64,000 bases of DNA, from assembly GCA_965209155.1 (NCBI GenBank), contig OZ242383.1:3104001-3168000 (forward strand), given 5' to 3'. Made by a program: the position numbers and the translations under genes. Below are positions 41,563 through 52,950 of this stretch, in pieces; the stretch's first letter is position 1; each line of letters starts with the position of its first letter. Origin of the DNA: a bacterium (lineage in GTDB: Bacteria; SAR324; NAC60-12). Under the pieces are notes generated by a model. The model worked only from the letters and a program-made list of their open reading frames with translations. It was not told where the DNA came from and searched no databases.

Positions 41563-43025
41563 CTCTCCCCCTTCTTTCTCTGCAGGACGAGGGCATCATA
41601 TTCGGCCAGCGAATGCGGGGTGAGGCGGATATGATTTAAGGCTTCTTGTTTCAAAACCACTGGAGGTTGATGGGAGACGGGCCTCATTTCCTGGTAGAGG
41701 ATATTTTTGACATAATCGAGGCCAAAAGCGTGGTGATGGATGGCCTTTTCAAGGGCAATGACTAAAGAGTCTAAGCCGTATTGCTCTAAAAGTTTGAGCA
41801 GTTGCTGAATCGTCTTTTGTAAAGCCATCCCCGATTGATTGATGCCCTGCAGAAAGGTTTGGCAACAGGGCGCCAATGAAAGAAAATAAACACAGTCCGG
41901 ATGCGGTAGAGGGGAGCGTTTTTGAGGGTTTCGATGTTTGGGATTTTCCAGCCGTTGTTTGCGTTGCCAAGATCTTAAATGCTGGGCCACACGGCGCTCT
42001 TTAATAAAGAGCAAGACCTCATATTGGTCGGCTTTGAGGGTGAGCCGGTGTCCTAATGTCCAGTCGGGTACGGAATAATAATTTGAATCGAAGGTCACGG
42101 TGGCATCGGCTAAGACAGTCACACGGCGGGTCAGATAACAATCGGGCAAGCAAGGGGGCAAGGCTCGAAGCGTTTGAGGTTGAAAGCGTTCATCGGGTTT
42201 TTCTAAGGTGGTTTGATGCTGGCGCACATTGGCCACTGTCTGCAGCCAATGATTCATTTGCTGCTGGACATCGGCCAGATCTTTGAACTGACGAAGAGGC
42301 CAAAAATTATCCCGAATATAGCGGATCACCCTCTCCACTTTGCCTTTCGATCGCGGAAGCCTCGGCGAACAAGCCTTCGGGATGAGCTGAAAGGGGCGGA
42401 GAAAATCTAAAAAGGCTCCGTTAAATCGGATGATGGATCCCACTCGTTCAACGACGGCGGTTTTCATGTTATCAAACACCAGTTCTTTGGTAGTTCCTCC
42501 GTAGAACTGGAAGGCGGTTAATAAAGCCTGATGGAAAGCCGTCTGGTCTGTCGAATGGCTAAAATAAACAAAGAGTTTTCGGCTATGGCATTCAATGACA
42601 GCCAGGGCATAAAGCTTTCGCTGGGTTTGTCCATAGCTGAGTTTGCCAAAAAAACCCCAATCGATTTGGAACTGTTCCCCCGGCTGGCTTTCAAAGCGTC
42701 TGATGGGCATCGCAGCGGGTTTGGGGCGAATCTTTCTGAGATAGTCTTTCACAATCCCATACCTCCCCTCGAATCCAAGCCCTTGCAGACGCTGCAAAAC
42801 CACCGTTGCGCTGAGGCTGGCATCACTTTGCAACCATTGCTCCATATGCGCTTTAAAAGGATTGAGTTTAGATGGTTTTTTAATTTTTTTTCGCACAATT
42901 TGAGGATGGCAGAGATGCCGCTTCACCGTCGCACGGGAAAGGTTCAAGCGAAGAGCAATTTTTCGCTGAGAAAGTCCTTCTGCATGCAGGCGATGGATTT
43001 CAAAGAGAGTATGCTGATCAATCAC
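41559..43025 (-). CDS. istA: IS21 transposase IstA
   Basis: N-terminal HTH, RFESQPGEQFQIDWG, FDNMK, KGKVER (DDE). Confidence 0.95.
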   Translation of the reverse strand: MIDQHTLFEIHRLHAEGLSQRKIALRLNLSRATVKRHLCHPQIVRKKIKKPSKLNPFKAHMEQWLQSDASLSATVVLQRLQGLGFEGRYGIVKDYLRKIRPKPAAMPIRRFESQPGEQFQIDWGFFGKLSYGQTQRKLYALAVIECHSRKLFVYFSHSTDQTAFHQALLTAFQFYGGTTKELVFDNMKTAVVERVGSIIRFNGAFLDFLRPFQLIPKACSPRLPRSKGKVERVIRYIRDNFWPLRQFKDLADVQQQMNHWLQTVANVRQHQTTLEKPDERFQPQTLRALPPCLPDCYLTRRVTVLADATVTFDSNYYSVPDWTLGHRLTLKADQYEVLLFIKERRVAQHLRSWQRKQRLENPKHRNPQKRSPLPHPDCVYFLSLAPCCQTFLQGINQSGMALQKTIQQLLKLLEQYGLDSLVIALEKAIHHHAFGLDYVKNILYQEMRPVSHQPPVVLKQEALNHIRLTPHSLAEYDALVLQRKKGER

Positions 43026-43371
43026 AGGGACCTTTACAGTCAGAGGGTGAGGGGGATCTTCTTAGTGGAGACAGGGGCAAGTGAAGGACCTGCACTAAGG
43101 TCTCTTCTGTGGCGATCAGATCCATTTGCAATAAACCACTCAAAGCCTGTTGATAGACATCCCTCTTCATTTTCAGCAGTTGAGTGATGGTCTTGGGACT
43201 GTAGTAGGAAAGTCCTTGAGCATCCGCGGCCATCACATAAAAAAAATATAAGATCAATTCCTCAGATCGCAGGCATTCAAAAAAGCCCTCCCTCAAAAAT
43301 CGGTGAGGAATGAAGCTAAAACTTCCCTCGATCACCCGTCGTCTGCTTTTCATAATCAACTGCTTTCTCAT
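43018..43371 (-). CDS. IS-associated putative winged-helix protein
   Basis: AAGGAG RBS; GSFSFIPHRF..LYFF..AADAQGLSYYS..L; overlaps the istA start. Confidence 0.65.
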   Translation of the reverse strand: MRKQLIMKSRRRVIEGSFSFIPHRFLREGFFECLRSEELILYFFYVMAADAQGLSYYSPKTITQLLKMKRDVYQQALSGLLQMDLIATEETLVQVLHLPLSPLRRSPSPSDCKGPCD

Positions 43372-43495
43372 CACAGCTCCTTCTTTTGGATGGATGGTTA
43401 ACAAGGTTTTCATCTTTTTTAACTCAGCTGAAGGGTGGTGGCAATAAAGTCCTTCTTTGCAATCACGGATAAGTTGTTGATATCTCAAGGTTCTT

Positions 43496-44026
43496 TTAGG
43501 TTAACGCGTCCATCTTTGCAATCAAAGGAAGCTCAACAAAAGCCTTAAAAATCTGGGCAGGGGAGGAATTTGACGCGTCCATCTTTGCAATCAAATCCTC
43601 ATCGGAGGAGGCGATAAGGCAGAATTGATAAGGGATGGACGCGTCCGTCTTTGCAATCGGCACTGATGAGAGCGAGAAGGGCTTTGATCTGAGCGGAGAG
43701 ATGGAAGGAATGGTATTCATCGAGAGTTTTTCCACAATATACCCCCGCTGTTTGGCATTGCGGATCAACTGAAGTTTTCGATTGCGCTCAGCCTGAACTG
43801 GATGTTTTTCTCGATAGACTTTCCAATAATCGCGGTGGCTTTCTTGCCAAGCCTTCTGACTAGCTTTTCGGTTCTGTTGATAGTCTGGATCGCTGGCTAA
43901 CTTTTTACGCTCCCAATTCGTCTTGCGCGCACGCTGACACCTCTTCAGGCTGCAGTAACTTTGCTCCTTGTTTTGAGGGCGGCGGAGGAAAAATTGGTGG
44001 CAGTTGATGCATCTACCTGTTTGCAT
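43496..44026 (-). CDS. IS-associated hypothetical protein (Cys-rich, basic N-terminus; IAKMDA repeats)
   Basis: AGGAG RBS; CINC..YCS..CQRARK. Confidence 0.65.
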   Translation of the reverse strand: MQTGRCINCHQFFLRRPQNKEQSYCSLKRCQRARKTNWERKKLASDPDYQQNRKASQKAWQESHRDYWKVYREKHPVQAERNRKLQLIRNAKQRGYIVEKLSMNTIPSISPLRSKPFSLSSVPIAKTDASIPYQFCLIASSDEDLIAKMDASNSSPAQIFKAFVELPLIAKMDALT

Positions 44027-44374
44027 AGGATCTCCTGTTGATGCTTTGAGGGGCTTCCTTCAAGAAAAACTTGTCTTACAGGAACATGACTCAAAGTATC
44101 AAAGAAATCACTGCCTCCCACTCAAATGAAGAAGAAAAATGAACAGGTAAAACAACTTCTTACACCATTGCTCGCTCCATGTTGATTCAGCTCTCAGAGG
44201 AAGGAAGAACAAGCATGAGAAAGAAAATGGAGAGGAAAACAAAATTTATTGATTGGAAAGTAAATGAATAGAAGAAAAAACGAGACAAAGTAAAAAGTAG
44301 TAAAAAAACATCCGCTAACTATTGGCTATCATTCAAGTCGCCACACTTGGTTAAGTTTTACAGTGGCGTTAACA

Positions 44375-45181
44375 CTCGATGGATATGAAACCCGCTTCTC
44401 CGGTTTCAAGGGCTATTTCTATCTGCATTTAGAACACCAACGGCGTCCTCATCCTGATATGCCTTTTCGTCTTTTAGTCTACATGGTCAATATCTGGGAA
44501 CAGCATAAAAAACAGTATCCCAAAGAACCGATTCCGTTGATCTTCCCAATGGTGCTCTACCAGGGAGCAACGTCATGGAAGGTGAGCTTGAGCTTTCATG
44601 AATTTCTTGAAGTTCCTCATGCCTTAAAATCCTACGTTCCAAATTTTACCTATAGCCTGATGGATTTATCTAAATTGTCTGATGAAGAAATCAAAGGTCA
44701 ACTGTTATTGAGAGTGGCACTTTTGCTCATGAAGCATATCGATGCCCCGGATCTCAAGGAATACCTGATCGAAACCATTTTGCCTTTACTCAACGAGTTC
44801 ACTCAAAAAGAAACAGGATTGGAAACTCTAGAAACTGTGCTATATTATTTATTCCAAGGGAATCCTCATTTAGAGAAAGCCAGTGTGATTCCTCAAATCC
44901 AAAAACAACTAGTTTCTGAAAAAGCACAAGAGGTAATCATGACTATTGCCGAACAATTAAGACAAGAAGGCCTTCAGCAAGGTGTCCAACAAGGTGTTCA
45001 ACAAGAAGCTCTACAACTCGTTGTCAAACTTTTGGAGAAAAAATTTAGCCCGCTCACCGGATCACACCAAAGGATACTTGAAGGCTTGCCCGTCTCCGAA
45101 TTAGAATCCTTAGCAGAACGAATCCTTAATGCTTCTGGTCTTGAGGAGGTTTTTGATGGTTTCCCGAAGCGATCTTCATAA
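44375..45181 (+). pseudogene. Rpn/YhgA-like (PD-(D/E)XK) nuclease, 5'-truncated
   Basis: YLHLEHQ..MPFRLL.Y..P.IFPMVLY.G..W, MTIAEQLRQEG, QQG repeats; N-terminal part absent. Confidence 0.8.
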
Positions 45182-45263
45182 CCTCCCTTGGGATTCCACG
45201 AGACGGCTTTCACTCGGTGTCACCACTTCGCGTTCTAAGGGGCTTATCAAAACCATCTTTTTT

Positions 45264-48200
45264 TTATGAAGGTTTGAGATGGTATTGGATTATTTTTCGA
45301 TACAACGTTTTACGATCAACCCCCAGGAGGGCTGAAACTTTGCCCTGGTGCCAGTTATTATTGTCCAGCACCTTGGTCAAATACAGTTTTTCGAGTCGCT
45401 TCACAGTGACATCCAAGGATTCATTGGTTTCACGCGCCTCAACCGGGACCGGGGGTTCTGTTTGGCTGTCATTGATTAAAGAGGTATCGAGGAAGTCGAG
45501 TTTCTTGAGCGTCAGGTAGCGATGCATGGTGTTGATCAGTTCCCTGACGTTTCCCGGCCAATCATAGGAAGTCAGAGATTCTATGACAGCGGCAGTGATT
45601 GTGGGCAGGTTCTTTGAGGATGGGTAGTTTTGCATAAAATGCTCAATCAAAAGGGGGATATCCTCTTTACGTTCCCGGAGAGGCGGCAAGTGAATAGGGA
45701 TAATATGGATGCGGTAGAGGAAATCCTCCCGCATCAATCCCTTTTTCACCTGTTCTTTTAAATCTTTATTGGTGGCGGCAATGACGCGAAAATCGGAGGT
45801 TTCCGCTTCAAGGCCGCCTACTGGCGTGAACCCTCCACCCTCAATAGCACGCAGCAGTTTGGCTTGCAGGTTGGGGCCGATTTCACCCAATTCATCCAGG
45901 AAAAGCGTGCCTTTGTCTGCCGAATGGAGCAGGCCGCGCTTATCCGCGTTGGCTCCGGTAAAGGCCCCTTTTTTATAGCCGAAAAACTCACTTTCCAAGA
46001 GGGTTTCCGCAACGCCGACGGCGTTGACAGGAACAAAGGCTTTTTCTTTTCTATCACTCATCTCATGGATGGCTTCGGCCACCAGTTCTTTACCGGTCCC
46101 AGATTCACCGTATACAATGACGCCAGCATCGCTAGCCGCCGCCTTTAAGATCAATTCATAAATCTCCTGCATCACGGGGCTTTTGCCGATGATCTTTCCG
46201 AACCGATAACGCTCCTTGATGTTGGAGCGCAGACGGACATTTTCTTCATGCAGGGCTTCCATCCGGTTTTTCTGCTCCGTTACGTCGGAAAGAATCCCTT
46301 CGATGAAGCGCAATGCATCGGTCTCGTCATAGACCGGGCGGGCGTGCAGGGAGGCCCAGAAGGTGCTGCCGTCTTTACGGAAAAATTTCACCTCAAAATC
46401 CGAAACGGGGCGGCGTTGCCGGATGAGATCCAGGAACTGATGACGACGCTCCGGATTCACATAATGCTGGTTCCCGACATCGTTGATGGATGCCATCAGC
46501 TCTTCCGGGGAGGAGTACCCGAAGATCCGGGCCATCGCTGGATTGGCACTCAGAAAGCGGCCGTCCTGGCTCGTCCGGTAGACGCCTTCGGTGGCGTTTT
46601 CAAAAATTCCCCGGTATTCGGCTTCCGCTCGCTTCATGTTGTCGTAGAGCCTGGCATTTTCCAGGGAAATGGCGATCTGAGAGGTGAGGTGTTTGATCAC
46701 CTCGAATCGCAGGGGGGTGAAGGCCCCTTCAACCAGGTTATTCTCCAGGTAAATGATTCCCGTCAAGGCTGACTTGTGAGTGATCGGTGCGCACAGGATC
46801 GATTTGGGGCGCTCCTTTTTAATATAGTCATCCCCGACAAACCGTTCCTCCCGAGAGGCGTTGTCCAAAACCAGGTGTTCCCGGGTTTGTTTCACCCAGG
46901 AGATGACCGAGAGGGAGAGAAATTCAGCCTTTTCCACAGGCAGGGAAAGCGGTAGAAAACATTCGACCTGCTCGGCACTCCCGCGGGCAGCAATGAGAGA
47001 CTGACCTTCGGTTTCCAGAATCAGGGCTGCTGTCTGAGCCCCGGCATTTTCCATGAGAATGCCAAGCAGGATCTCAAGCAGTGGTTCCAACTCGAGGGTA
47101 CTGGATAGGGCCTCCGAGGCTTTGAGCATCGTCCCCAGATCCAGGTTGGCCGATGGGGACGCCACTGCTTCGGCACGATCATCGGAAATCAGCCCGGGAT
47201 ATCGAGACTTCAGGTGCGCAACCTTCCGTTTTGCCCCCCAGGCTTCGTACTTCTCCATTGCTGAGCGCAGGTAAGCCCGGGCGGCGTCGCTCTGCCCCTG
47301 GTTGAGCAAGTACCTGGCTGCCAGTTCATTGGCCAGGGCTTCCTCGTGGATAAATTCGCTCTCCCTGGCCAAAGCGATGGCCTGGTCATAGTGGGACAGG
47401 ATCGCATCGCTTTGACCCTCCAAAACCCGCATCCGTTCGGCTTCCACCAGGTGGTATTTATGCAAATAATTGGGCGGTGCGCAGCGCGCCAGTTTCTCCA
47501 ACGTCTCCTGATTGTCATCGACCTGGGTGAGGATCTCCTCCTTTTCCCTCTCAGGCACCTGATCGCAGACCGCCAGGAGAACGAGGGACAGGTAACTGTT
47601 AGCCAGGGGATCAATAAGGGGAGCTTTATAGGTTTTCATCACGTTGATCATTTCAAAAACCGTCTCCTGCGCTGCTTCGTATTCTCCAAACAGGGTTTGC
47701 AGCACCAGCTTATGGTAATTAAAACAGCTATGTTCATTATATACGTACTCTGCACTCGTCACCCTATCGTATTGATCAATGATGCTGGTCGACAGGGTCG
47801 AAGGTTCATCCATCAGAATCGTGACCGCCTTCGTCAGCATTTCCACCCGGGGAGACCCGATAATAAAATCGATCTTCTTGAGATCAGCCTTCAACGTTGA
47901 CAATTCCCCTTTCAGACAATTCAGCTCTTTCCCGCACATAAACGCAATAAAACATCTTACGACGGCACCATGACCGGCATTGTAGAAATCTCCCGTTTCG
48001 ATTCCCATCTTATGAGCTTCCAGCAAGGGATCCAATGACGCCGATAACGGCTCCCGGTAGATCCGGATAAGGCCGTTGAAAATCCTGGAAACTCTACAGT
48101 GTATTTCCTTCAGATCAAGCGCTTCCATGAGCTGCATGCCCAGACGACCGAGTTCATAACCAAAATCAAAATCCTGCATAAACTCGCAATAGATCATTCC

Positions 48201-51200
48201 AAGGCTACAATAGAAGTCGGGTGAATATTCCGGATGAAAATAATTAAGCAGCAAAGAGATGCGTTTTAAAGCGGCGGGCTGCCAAAGACCGACATCCGGA
48301 GTAATCCCAGTCTCGCCAAATGAGTGAAAGAGTTCATTTAGGATACGGACAGGGACCTCGGCATCCGGTTGGGTGAGCCGCTCAAACTGCATCACTTCTT
48401 CGACGCTTTTACCGGCCAGGCCGGATTTGATTTGAGCGAGGGCCTGCTGCCATTGGCCGGGAGACAAACGGCTCAGTTTACATCCCAGTTTCTCCAGAAT
48501 TTCCTCGCCCGTTTCCATGGCCTTCTTTAATTCACCCCGGGTGGTGTATGCCTTGATCAGGCATTGATAAACATTGGCCAGGTCCGGGTCCTTTTGGGCG
48601 TTGTCTTTTACGGCACCGGCCAGCTTCTCCATCAACTCGAAGCGGCCGCAGAGCCATGACATCTCCGTGGCTTCCTCATGCAGGGATAAGGCCAGGGGGT
48701 ATTGCCATTTCCAGGCGGCGGCTCCTGAAAGCTCCAGGCCGATGGTAAAATATTCCAGGGCCTGTTCAAAAGCTGAAGCCGCCCTGGCCTTAAGACCGGC
48801 TTTCAGGTTGAGTTCCGCCAGGTGCGATCGTTCTTTCCATTTATCCTTCAACCCCCTGGCCAGGTTGAGATGGTGGACGATGTCAAAAAGCAGAGCGTCA
48901 CTTTTTCCGGGAGCATATTGCTTGAGCAGGGTCTGACCGATTCGAAGATGGACCGGCTGTTTCTCCTTTTGGGCAATGAGGGCATAAGCAGCCTGCTGCA
49001 CCCGGTCATGCAGGAATTTGAAGCTGCTGTAATCCGAGGTCGCTCCGGTGGTCGGATCATCCAGTTCAGGGGCCCGGGAAATACCAGTGATCAGCCCCTT
49101 TTTCAGGGCCGGCAACAGGTTGTCGTATATCTCCCTGCTTCCAGCGCCGCTGATCAGTCCCAGCGATTCCAGGTCAAAGGAATTGCCGATGCAGGCCGCC
49201 AGGCTTAAGAGTCGCCTGGTTTCAGAGGAAAAACCATGGAGCTGGTCAACCAGCAAATCCACCACATTCTCGGTCACCGCCAGGAATTCGATGGCAGCCA
49301 GGTCCCATGTCCATCGTTTTTCCTCAGGGGAGTAACCGATCAGCTCCTTTTCGGAGAGTACGGTCAAAAACTGGCACACAAAGAAAGGATTGCCGCCGGT
49401 TTTGCGCACCAGGAGCTCTGCCAGCGGTTTGGCCTCCTCAGCACGGCAGTGGCAGGTATGGACGAGCAGATGTGAAATGTGTTCCCGTTTCAGGGGCTTT
49501 AAGAAGATCGTTTGCAGCGGCTGGCCAGTTTTTTTGATCACCTCACGACTGATCATCAGCCGGTGATCGGCATCCACCTCGTTGTCGCGATAGGCTCCCA
49601 GGAAAAGCAGAGGTTTCCTTTCGGGATGCTGAGCGATGCGTTCCACCAGCTTGAGTGTATCAGCGTCCACCCACTGCAAGTCGTCCAGAAAAATAATCAG
49701 GGGATGGGTTTTTTCACAGAAAACAGAGATGAAATCCAGTAAAACGGCAGTGAAGCGGTTCCGGGTCTCCATCGCTCCCATTTCCGGTAGCGGGGGCTGT
49801 GGGCCGATCATCGGCTCCAGTTCCGGTATCACCCGGGTCACCAGTTGTCCGTTGGGGCCCAGGGCAGCCCGTATCTTGCTTTTCCAACGCTCCATTCCGG
49901 ATTTGTCTTCAACCGGTATCTCCCGGGTGAGCCCCCGCAGCGCCTGGATCAGGGCGCTGTAGGGGATATTGTGCCGGAGCTGATCAAACTTGCCGGAGAT
50001 GAAGAAACCGTTTTTTTGGGCAACGGACCGGTGAATTTCACCGACCAGGGCGGTTTTGCCGACACCGGCGCTTCCCGAGACCAGCACCATTTCGGACGCT
50101 CCCTGGCTGACTCGCTCCAGGGCGGCTTCCAGGGCGGTGATTTCATCCTCCCGGCCGTAAAGCCCCGGGACGATCTGCAATTCTTTAGGAATGTCCAGGC
50201 GAGCCAGGGGAAAGTCGGACAGGCTCCCCTGGTTTTCCAGTTGTTCCACACATGCCAGGAGATCGGCTGAAAGCCCCGAGTGATTCTGGTAGCGCGCCTC
50301 GGCACGCTTGGCCACCAGTTTCATCACCAGGCGGGAAAGGACTCTGGGTACTTGCGGTTCAATCTTGTCCAGGGGTTCGGGCTGCCGGGCAATGTGACCG
50401 TGGATGATTTCCATGGGTTCCCGGGATCCGAAAGGCACTTTCCCGCTGAAAAGTTCATAAAGGGTGACCCCCAGGGAATAAAAATCACTGCGATAATTGA
50501 GCACCCGGTTCATCCGCCCGGTCTGCTCAGGAGAAATATAGGGCAGGGTTTCCCCGCTTAGCTGGGGACTCAACGTCGTCAAATTTTCCTTAGGCAACCG
50601 GCTGGCCAGGCCGAAGCCGGTCAGTTTGACCGTTCCTGATCCCGGATCGACAAAAATATTGAATGGATTGATCATTTTATGCAAGATGCCCTGCCGGTGC
50701 ACTTCTTTCAGAATACCGGTCAGAGAAAGCGCTACCTTCAGCGAGTCCAGCAGGTTGAACCGGGCGGCATCCATCAGCTTTCTTAATGGAAGCGCATCCG
50801 TGTTTTCCAGGATCAACGCCCATCCCTTTTCACATTGCACCAGTTCCTCTGCCCTGAGGACCCCATCGATTTCCAGAGCCCGGGTGATCTCATGCTCATG
50901 CCGTATTTCCGCCAGCTCCTGCGCACTCTGCTCGGAAGATGCCGCGCCCTTGATCAGAACCCAAAGCCCATCGCTTTGCCGCCTGCCGCGCCAAAGCCTG
51001 GTCCGACTGCTTTCAAAAATGACCTCCTCCAGCGAATAACCCGGAATCTCTGGTTTTTCCAGACTGGAAACGGATTTCGTTTTGCTTACAACCGATTTTA
51101 GAGGTCCAGGATATGCTTTATTTGCTTTAGTCGCAGATTTCCGCGGATTTCCACGGATGTGAGGAGTTTTGAATTTAACAACCTGCTGCTTGCGGTCTTG

Positions 51201-51515
51201 AGAACGGTTTTGATTCTTACCCTCAGTTTGATCCCCTTTATTCTTCTTCTTCATATCCACCGGATCGCGACCCAGGGCAATATCATGCAGCAGTTTTTTA
51301 GCGATTTTTCGGGCCTGCTTGTCGCTCCATACCCCATGAATACCAATGGTATAGCGCCGCGAACGTCCATTGATGCGGTACTGCAAGAGGTAGACCCGTC
51401 TGCCCTTGGGAGTTATTTTACAGCCGAACATCGGCAACTCGGTGTCCCATAGGAAACGGTCTTTAGTCCCGGGGTTGAGGGACTCGACAGCCTGTTTAGT
51501 GATTTTGTCTTTCAT
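45264..51515 (-). CDS. Giant sigma54 activator 3: arm-DNA-binding domain + pseudokinase + STAND AAA + GAF + PAS + sigma54 AAA+ + HTH
   Basis: As copies 1 and 2, plus [27 protein letters not shown] (PAS); [33 protein letters not shown]. Confidence 0.92.
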   Translation of the reverse strand: MKDKITKQAVESLNPGTKDRFLWDTELPMFGCKITPKGRRVYLLQYRINGRSRRYTIGIHGVWSDKQARKIAKKLLHDIALGRDPVDMKKKNKGDQTEGKNQNRSQDRKQQVVKFKTPHIRGNPRKSATKANKAYPGPLKSVVSKTKSVSSLEKPEIPGYSLEEVIFESSRTRLWRGRRQSDGLWVLIKGAASSEQSAQELAEIRHEHEITRALEIDGVLRAEELVQCEKGWALILENTDALPLRKLMDAARFNLLDSLKVALSLTGILKEVHRQGILHKMINPFNIFVDPGSGTVKLTGFGLASRLPKENLTTLSPQLSGETLPYISPEQTGRMNRVLNYRSDFYSLGVTLYELFSGKVPFGSREPMEIIHGHIARQPEPLDKIEPQVPRVLSRLVMKLVAKRAEARYQNHSGLSADLLACVEQLENQGSLSDFPLARLDIPKELQIVPGLYGREDEITALEAALERVSQGASEMVLVSGSAGVGKTALVGEIHRSVAQKNGFFISGKFDQLRHNIPYSALIQALRGLTREIPVEDKSGMERWKSKIRAALGPNGQLVTRVIPELEPMIGPQPPLPEMGAMETRNRFTAVLLDFISVFCEKTHPLIIFLDDLQWVDADTLKLVERIAQHPERKPLLFLGAYRDNEVDADHRLMISREVIKKTGQPLQTIFLKPLKREHISHLLVHTCHCRAEEAKPLAELLVRKTGGNPFFVCQFLTVLSEKELIGYSPEEKRWTWDLAAIEFLAVTENVVDLLVDQLHGFSSETRRLLSLAACIGNSFDLESLGLISGAGSREIYDNLLPALKKGLITGISRAPELDDPTTGATSDYSSFKFLHDRVQQAAYALIAQKEKQPVHLRIGQTLLKQYAPGKSDALLFDIVHHLNLARGLKDKWKERSHLAELNLKAGLKARAASAFEQALEYFTIGLELSGAAAWKWQYPLALSLHEEATEMSWLCGRFELMEKLAGAVKDNAQKDPDLANVYQCLIKAYTTRGELKKAMETGEEILEKLGCKLSRLSPGQWQQALAQIKSGLAGKSVEEVMQFERLTQPDAEVPVRILNELFHSFGETGITPDVGLWQPAALKRISLLLNYFHPEYSPDFYCSLGMIYCEFMQDFDFGYELGRLGMQLMEALDLKEIHCRVSRIFNGLIRIYREPLSASLDPLLEAHKMGIETGDFYNAGHGAVVRCFIAFMCGKELNCLKGELSTLKADLKKIDFIIGSPRVEMLTKAVTILMDEPSTLSTSIIDQYDRVTSAEYVYNEHSCFNYHKLVLQTLFGEYEAAQETVFEMINVMKTYKAPLIDPLANSYLSLVLLAVCDQVPEREKEEILTQVDDNQETLEKLARCAPPNYLHKYHLVEAERMRVLEGQSDAILSHYDQAIALARESEFIHEEALANELAARYLLNQGQSDAARAYLRSAMEKYEAWGAKRKVAHLKSRYPGLISDDRAEAVASPSANLDLGTMLKASEALSSTLELEPLLEILLGILMENAGAQTAALILETEGQSLIAARGSAEQVECFLPLSLPVEKAEFLSLSVISWVKQTREHLVLDNASREERFVGDDYIKKERPKSILCAPITHKSALTGIIYLENNLVEGAFTPLRFEVIKHLTSQIAISLENARLYDNMKRAEAEYRGIFENATEGVYRTSQDGRFLSANPAMARIFGYSSPEELMASINDVGNQHYVNPERRHQFLDLIRQRRPVSDFEVKFFRKDGSTFWASLHARPVYDETDALRFIEGILSDVTEQKNRMEALHEENVRLRSNIKERYRFGKIIGKSPVMQEIYELILKAAASDAGVIVYGESGTGKELVAEAIHEMSDRKEKAFVPVNAVGVAETLLESEFFGYKKGAFTGANADKRGLLHSADKGTLFLDELGEIGPNLQAKLLRAIEGGGFTPVGGLEAETSDFRVIAATNKDLKEQVKKGLMREDFLYRIHIIPIHLPPLRERKEDIPLLIEHFMQNYPSSKNLPTITAAVIESLTSYDWPGNVRELINTMHRYLTLKKLDFLDTSLINDSQTEPPVPVEARETNESLDVTVKRLEKLYLTKVLDNNNWHQGKVSALLGVDRKTLYRKIIQYHLKPS

Positions 51516-51530
51516 GACTCTGGCCTTAGT

Positions 51531-51795
51531 GCAATAGCAAATAGAAAGCAATTCCTCTACGATGTTAAAAGCTGGATCGTCTTGATCAAGCAAATATATA
51601 GTAAGCAAATAGTACGCAATCCGTCAACGGAATTGTTTGTCGGGTGGATGGCCGAATCCCGGAGAGATAAGATGATGAGCAGCCTATCAAACTTTCTGGT
51701 CTTAGTGCAATAGCAAATAGTAAGCAAATCCTCTGAAATATCAGGAGTTGGGTCGTCTTGATCAAGCGAATAAATAGTAAGCAAATAGTACGCAA
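51531..51795. repeat. Tandem repeat (period 176 bp) homologous to the 27623..28031 array
   Basis: GCAATAGCAAATAG at 51531 and 51707; ATAGTAAGCAAATAGTACGCAA at 51598 and 51774. Confidence 0.9.
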
Positions 51796-51810
51796 GAGGA
51801 ATCTCACCTA

Positions 51811-52950
51811 TTAAAAATAAATCCCCTCATACAGTTCTTGAATGAAATCTTGGTATGGCAGAATCAAGATCCCCTCCTGCGTTTCGCGTTTGTGCTCTTC
51901 CAAACAAACGAGCACCCGTTGTTGACACGGGATTTCCTCTGCGATTGCTTTCAACCCCTTGAGGTGGGAGGGTTTGACGTTTTGGGTGGCTTTTGCCTCA
52001 AGCGCCAACCAAAAATCATTGATGATAAAATCCACTTCGATGCCACTGGCTAAGCGCCAGTAAGAGAGATCCGCAAAGGCTTCTGCATAGTGATTGTAAG
52101 TTTTCAATTCGTGATAAACCCAATTCTCAAATGCCTTGCCAAACAATTCTGATCCCACTTCCAGGGAGCCTCGTTTACAGAGAAAATTGACCAGGCCCAC
52201 ATCGGCATAATAAAACTTAGGCGCTTGAATGGTGCGGCGTTTCATCCGTTTGCGATAGGCGGGCAAAAAGGAAGCCAGCAGCGTGTCTTCCAAGATTTCA
52301 AAGTAAGCGCGAACTGTATGGCTGGATACCCCACAATCTCTCGCGATATTTGAATAATTGACAATTTGACCATCCGAGAAGGCGGCGGCTGTTAAAAAAT
52401 ACCCAAACACCGGGAGACGGCGTACCATGCCTTCAGCGGCAATTTCTTCTTTCAAATAATCCGAAATATAACTATTGAGCCTGCGTTGGGGATGGTTGCC
52501 CAGATAATGCCGTGGTAAATACCCCTGATTGAGGCATCGTGTCAAATCAAACGCGCCTCCCATTTCGTTAGCGCTTAAGCCAAATAATTCAAAACGATTG
52601 GCTCGACCACCCAGGAGATTGGCATGTCCCCGCTTGACGCGGCGGGCACTTGATCCACATAAGGCAAATTGCACCGCCGTGTTTTCCAGCAGCCAATGGA
52701 TCTCATCCAGGAGATCCGGGACTTTCTGGATTTCATCAATGACAATATGCCTGATGGCCGGATTGCCGGCCACCCTTTCCCGCAACTGATGCGGCGCTTG
52801 CATGTAGCGGCGAAATTCTTCGGATTTCAATAAATCGATCCACAGGGACTCGCGAAATTGAGCCTTCAATAAAGTGGTTTTACCCGTTTGCCGCGGCCCC
52901 CAGAGGAAAAAGGTTTCCTCCGTGGGTAAATTGAGCTTTCTTCTAAACAT
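51811..52950 (-). CDS. AAA+ ATPase (AAA_14/DUF4143 type)
   Basis: GPRQTGKTT, IDEIQK, CGSSAR, KFYYADVG, FEN, YWR..G.EVDF..LEAK. Confidence 0.9.
   Translation of the reverse strand: MFRRKLNLPTEETFFLWGPRQTGKTTLLKAQFRESLWIDLLKSEEFRRYMQAPHQLRERVAGNPAIRHIVIDEIQKVPDLLDEIHWLLENTAVQFALCGSSARRVKRGHANLLGGRANRFELFGLSANEMGGAFDLTRCLNQGYLPRHYLGNHPQRRLNSYISDYLKEEIAAEGMVRRLPVFGYFLTAAAFSDGQIVNYSNIARDCGVSSHTVRAYFEILEDTLLASFLPAYRKRMKRRTIQAPKFYYADVGLVNFLCKRGSLEVGSELFGKAFENWVYHELKTYNHYAEAFADLSYWRLASGIEVDFIINDFWLALEAKATQNVKPSHLKGLKAIAEEIPCQQRVLVCLEEHKRETQEGILILPYQDFIQELYEGIYF

Larger units (their letters stand above)
40664..44374 (-). mobile_element. IS21-family element with two extra ORFs
   Basis: TGT...ACA imperfect terminal inverted repeats; 5-bp flanking duplication CTCGA (40659..40663 and 44375..44379); istA-istB. 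Confidence 0.9.

Noticed and set aside
45156..45258. Integron attC site
   Set aside because: Imperfect inverted repeat lacks matching RYYYAAC/GTTRRRY boxes and there is no intI; more likely a terminator or MITE remnant between convergent genes
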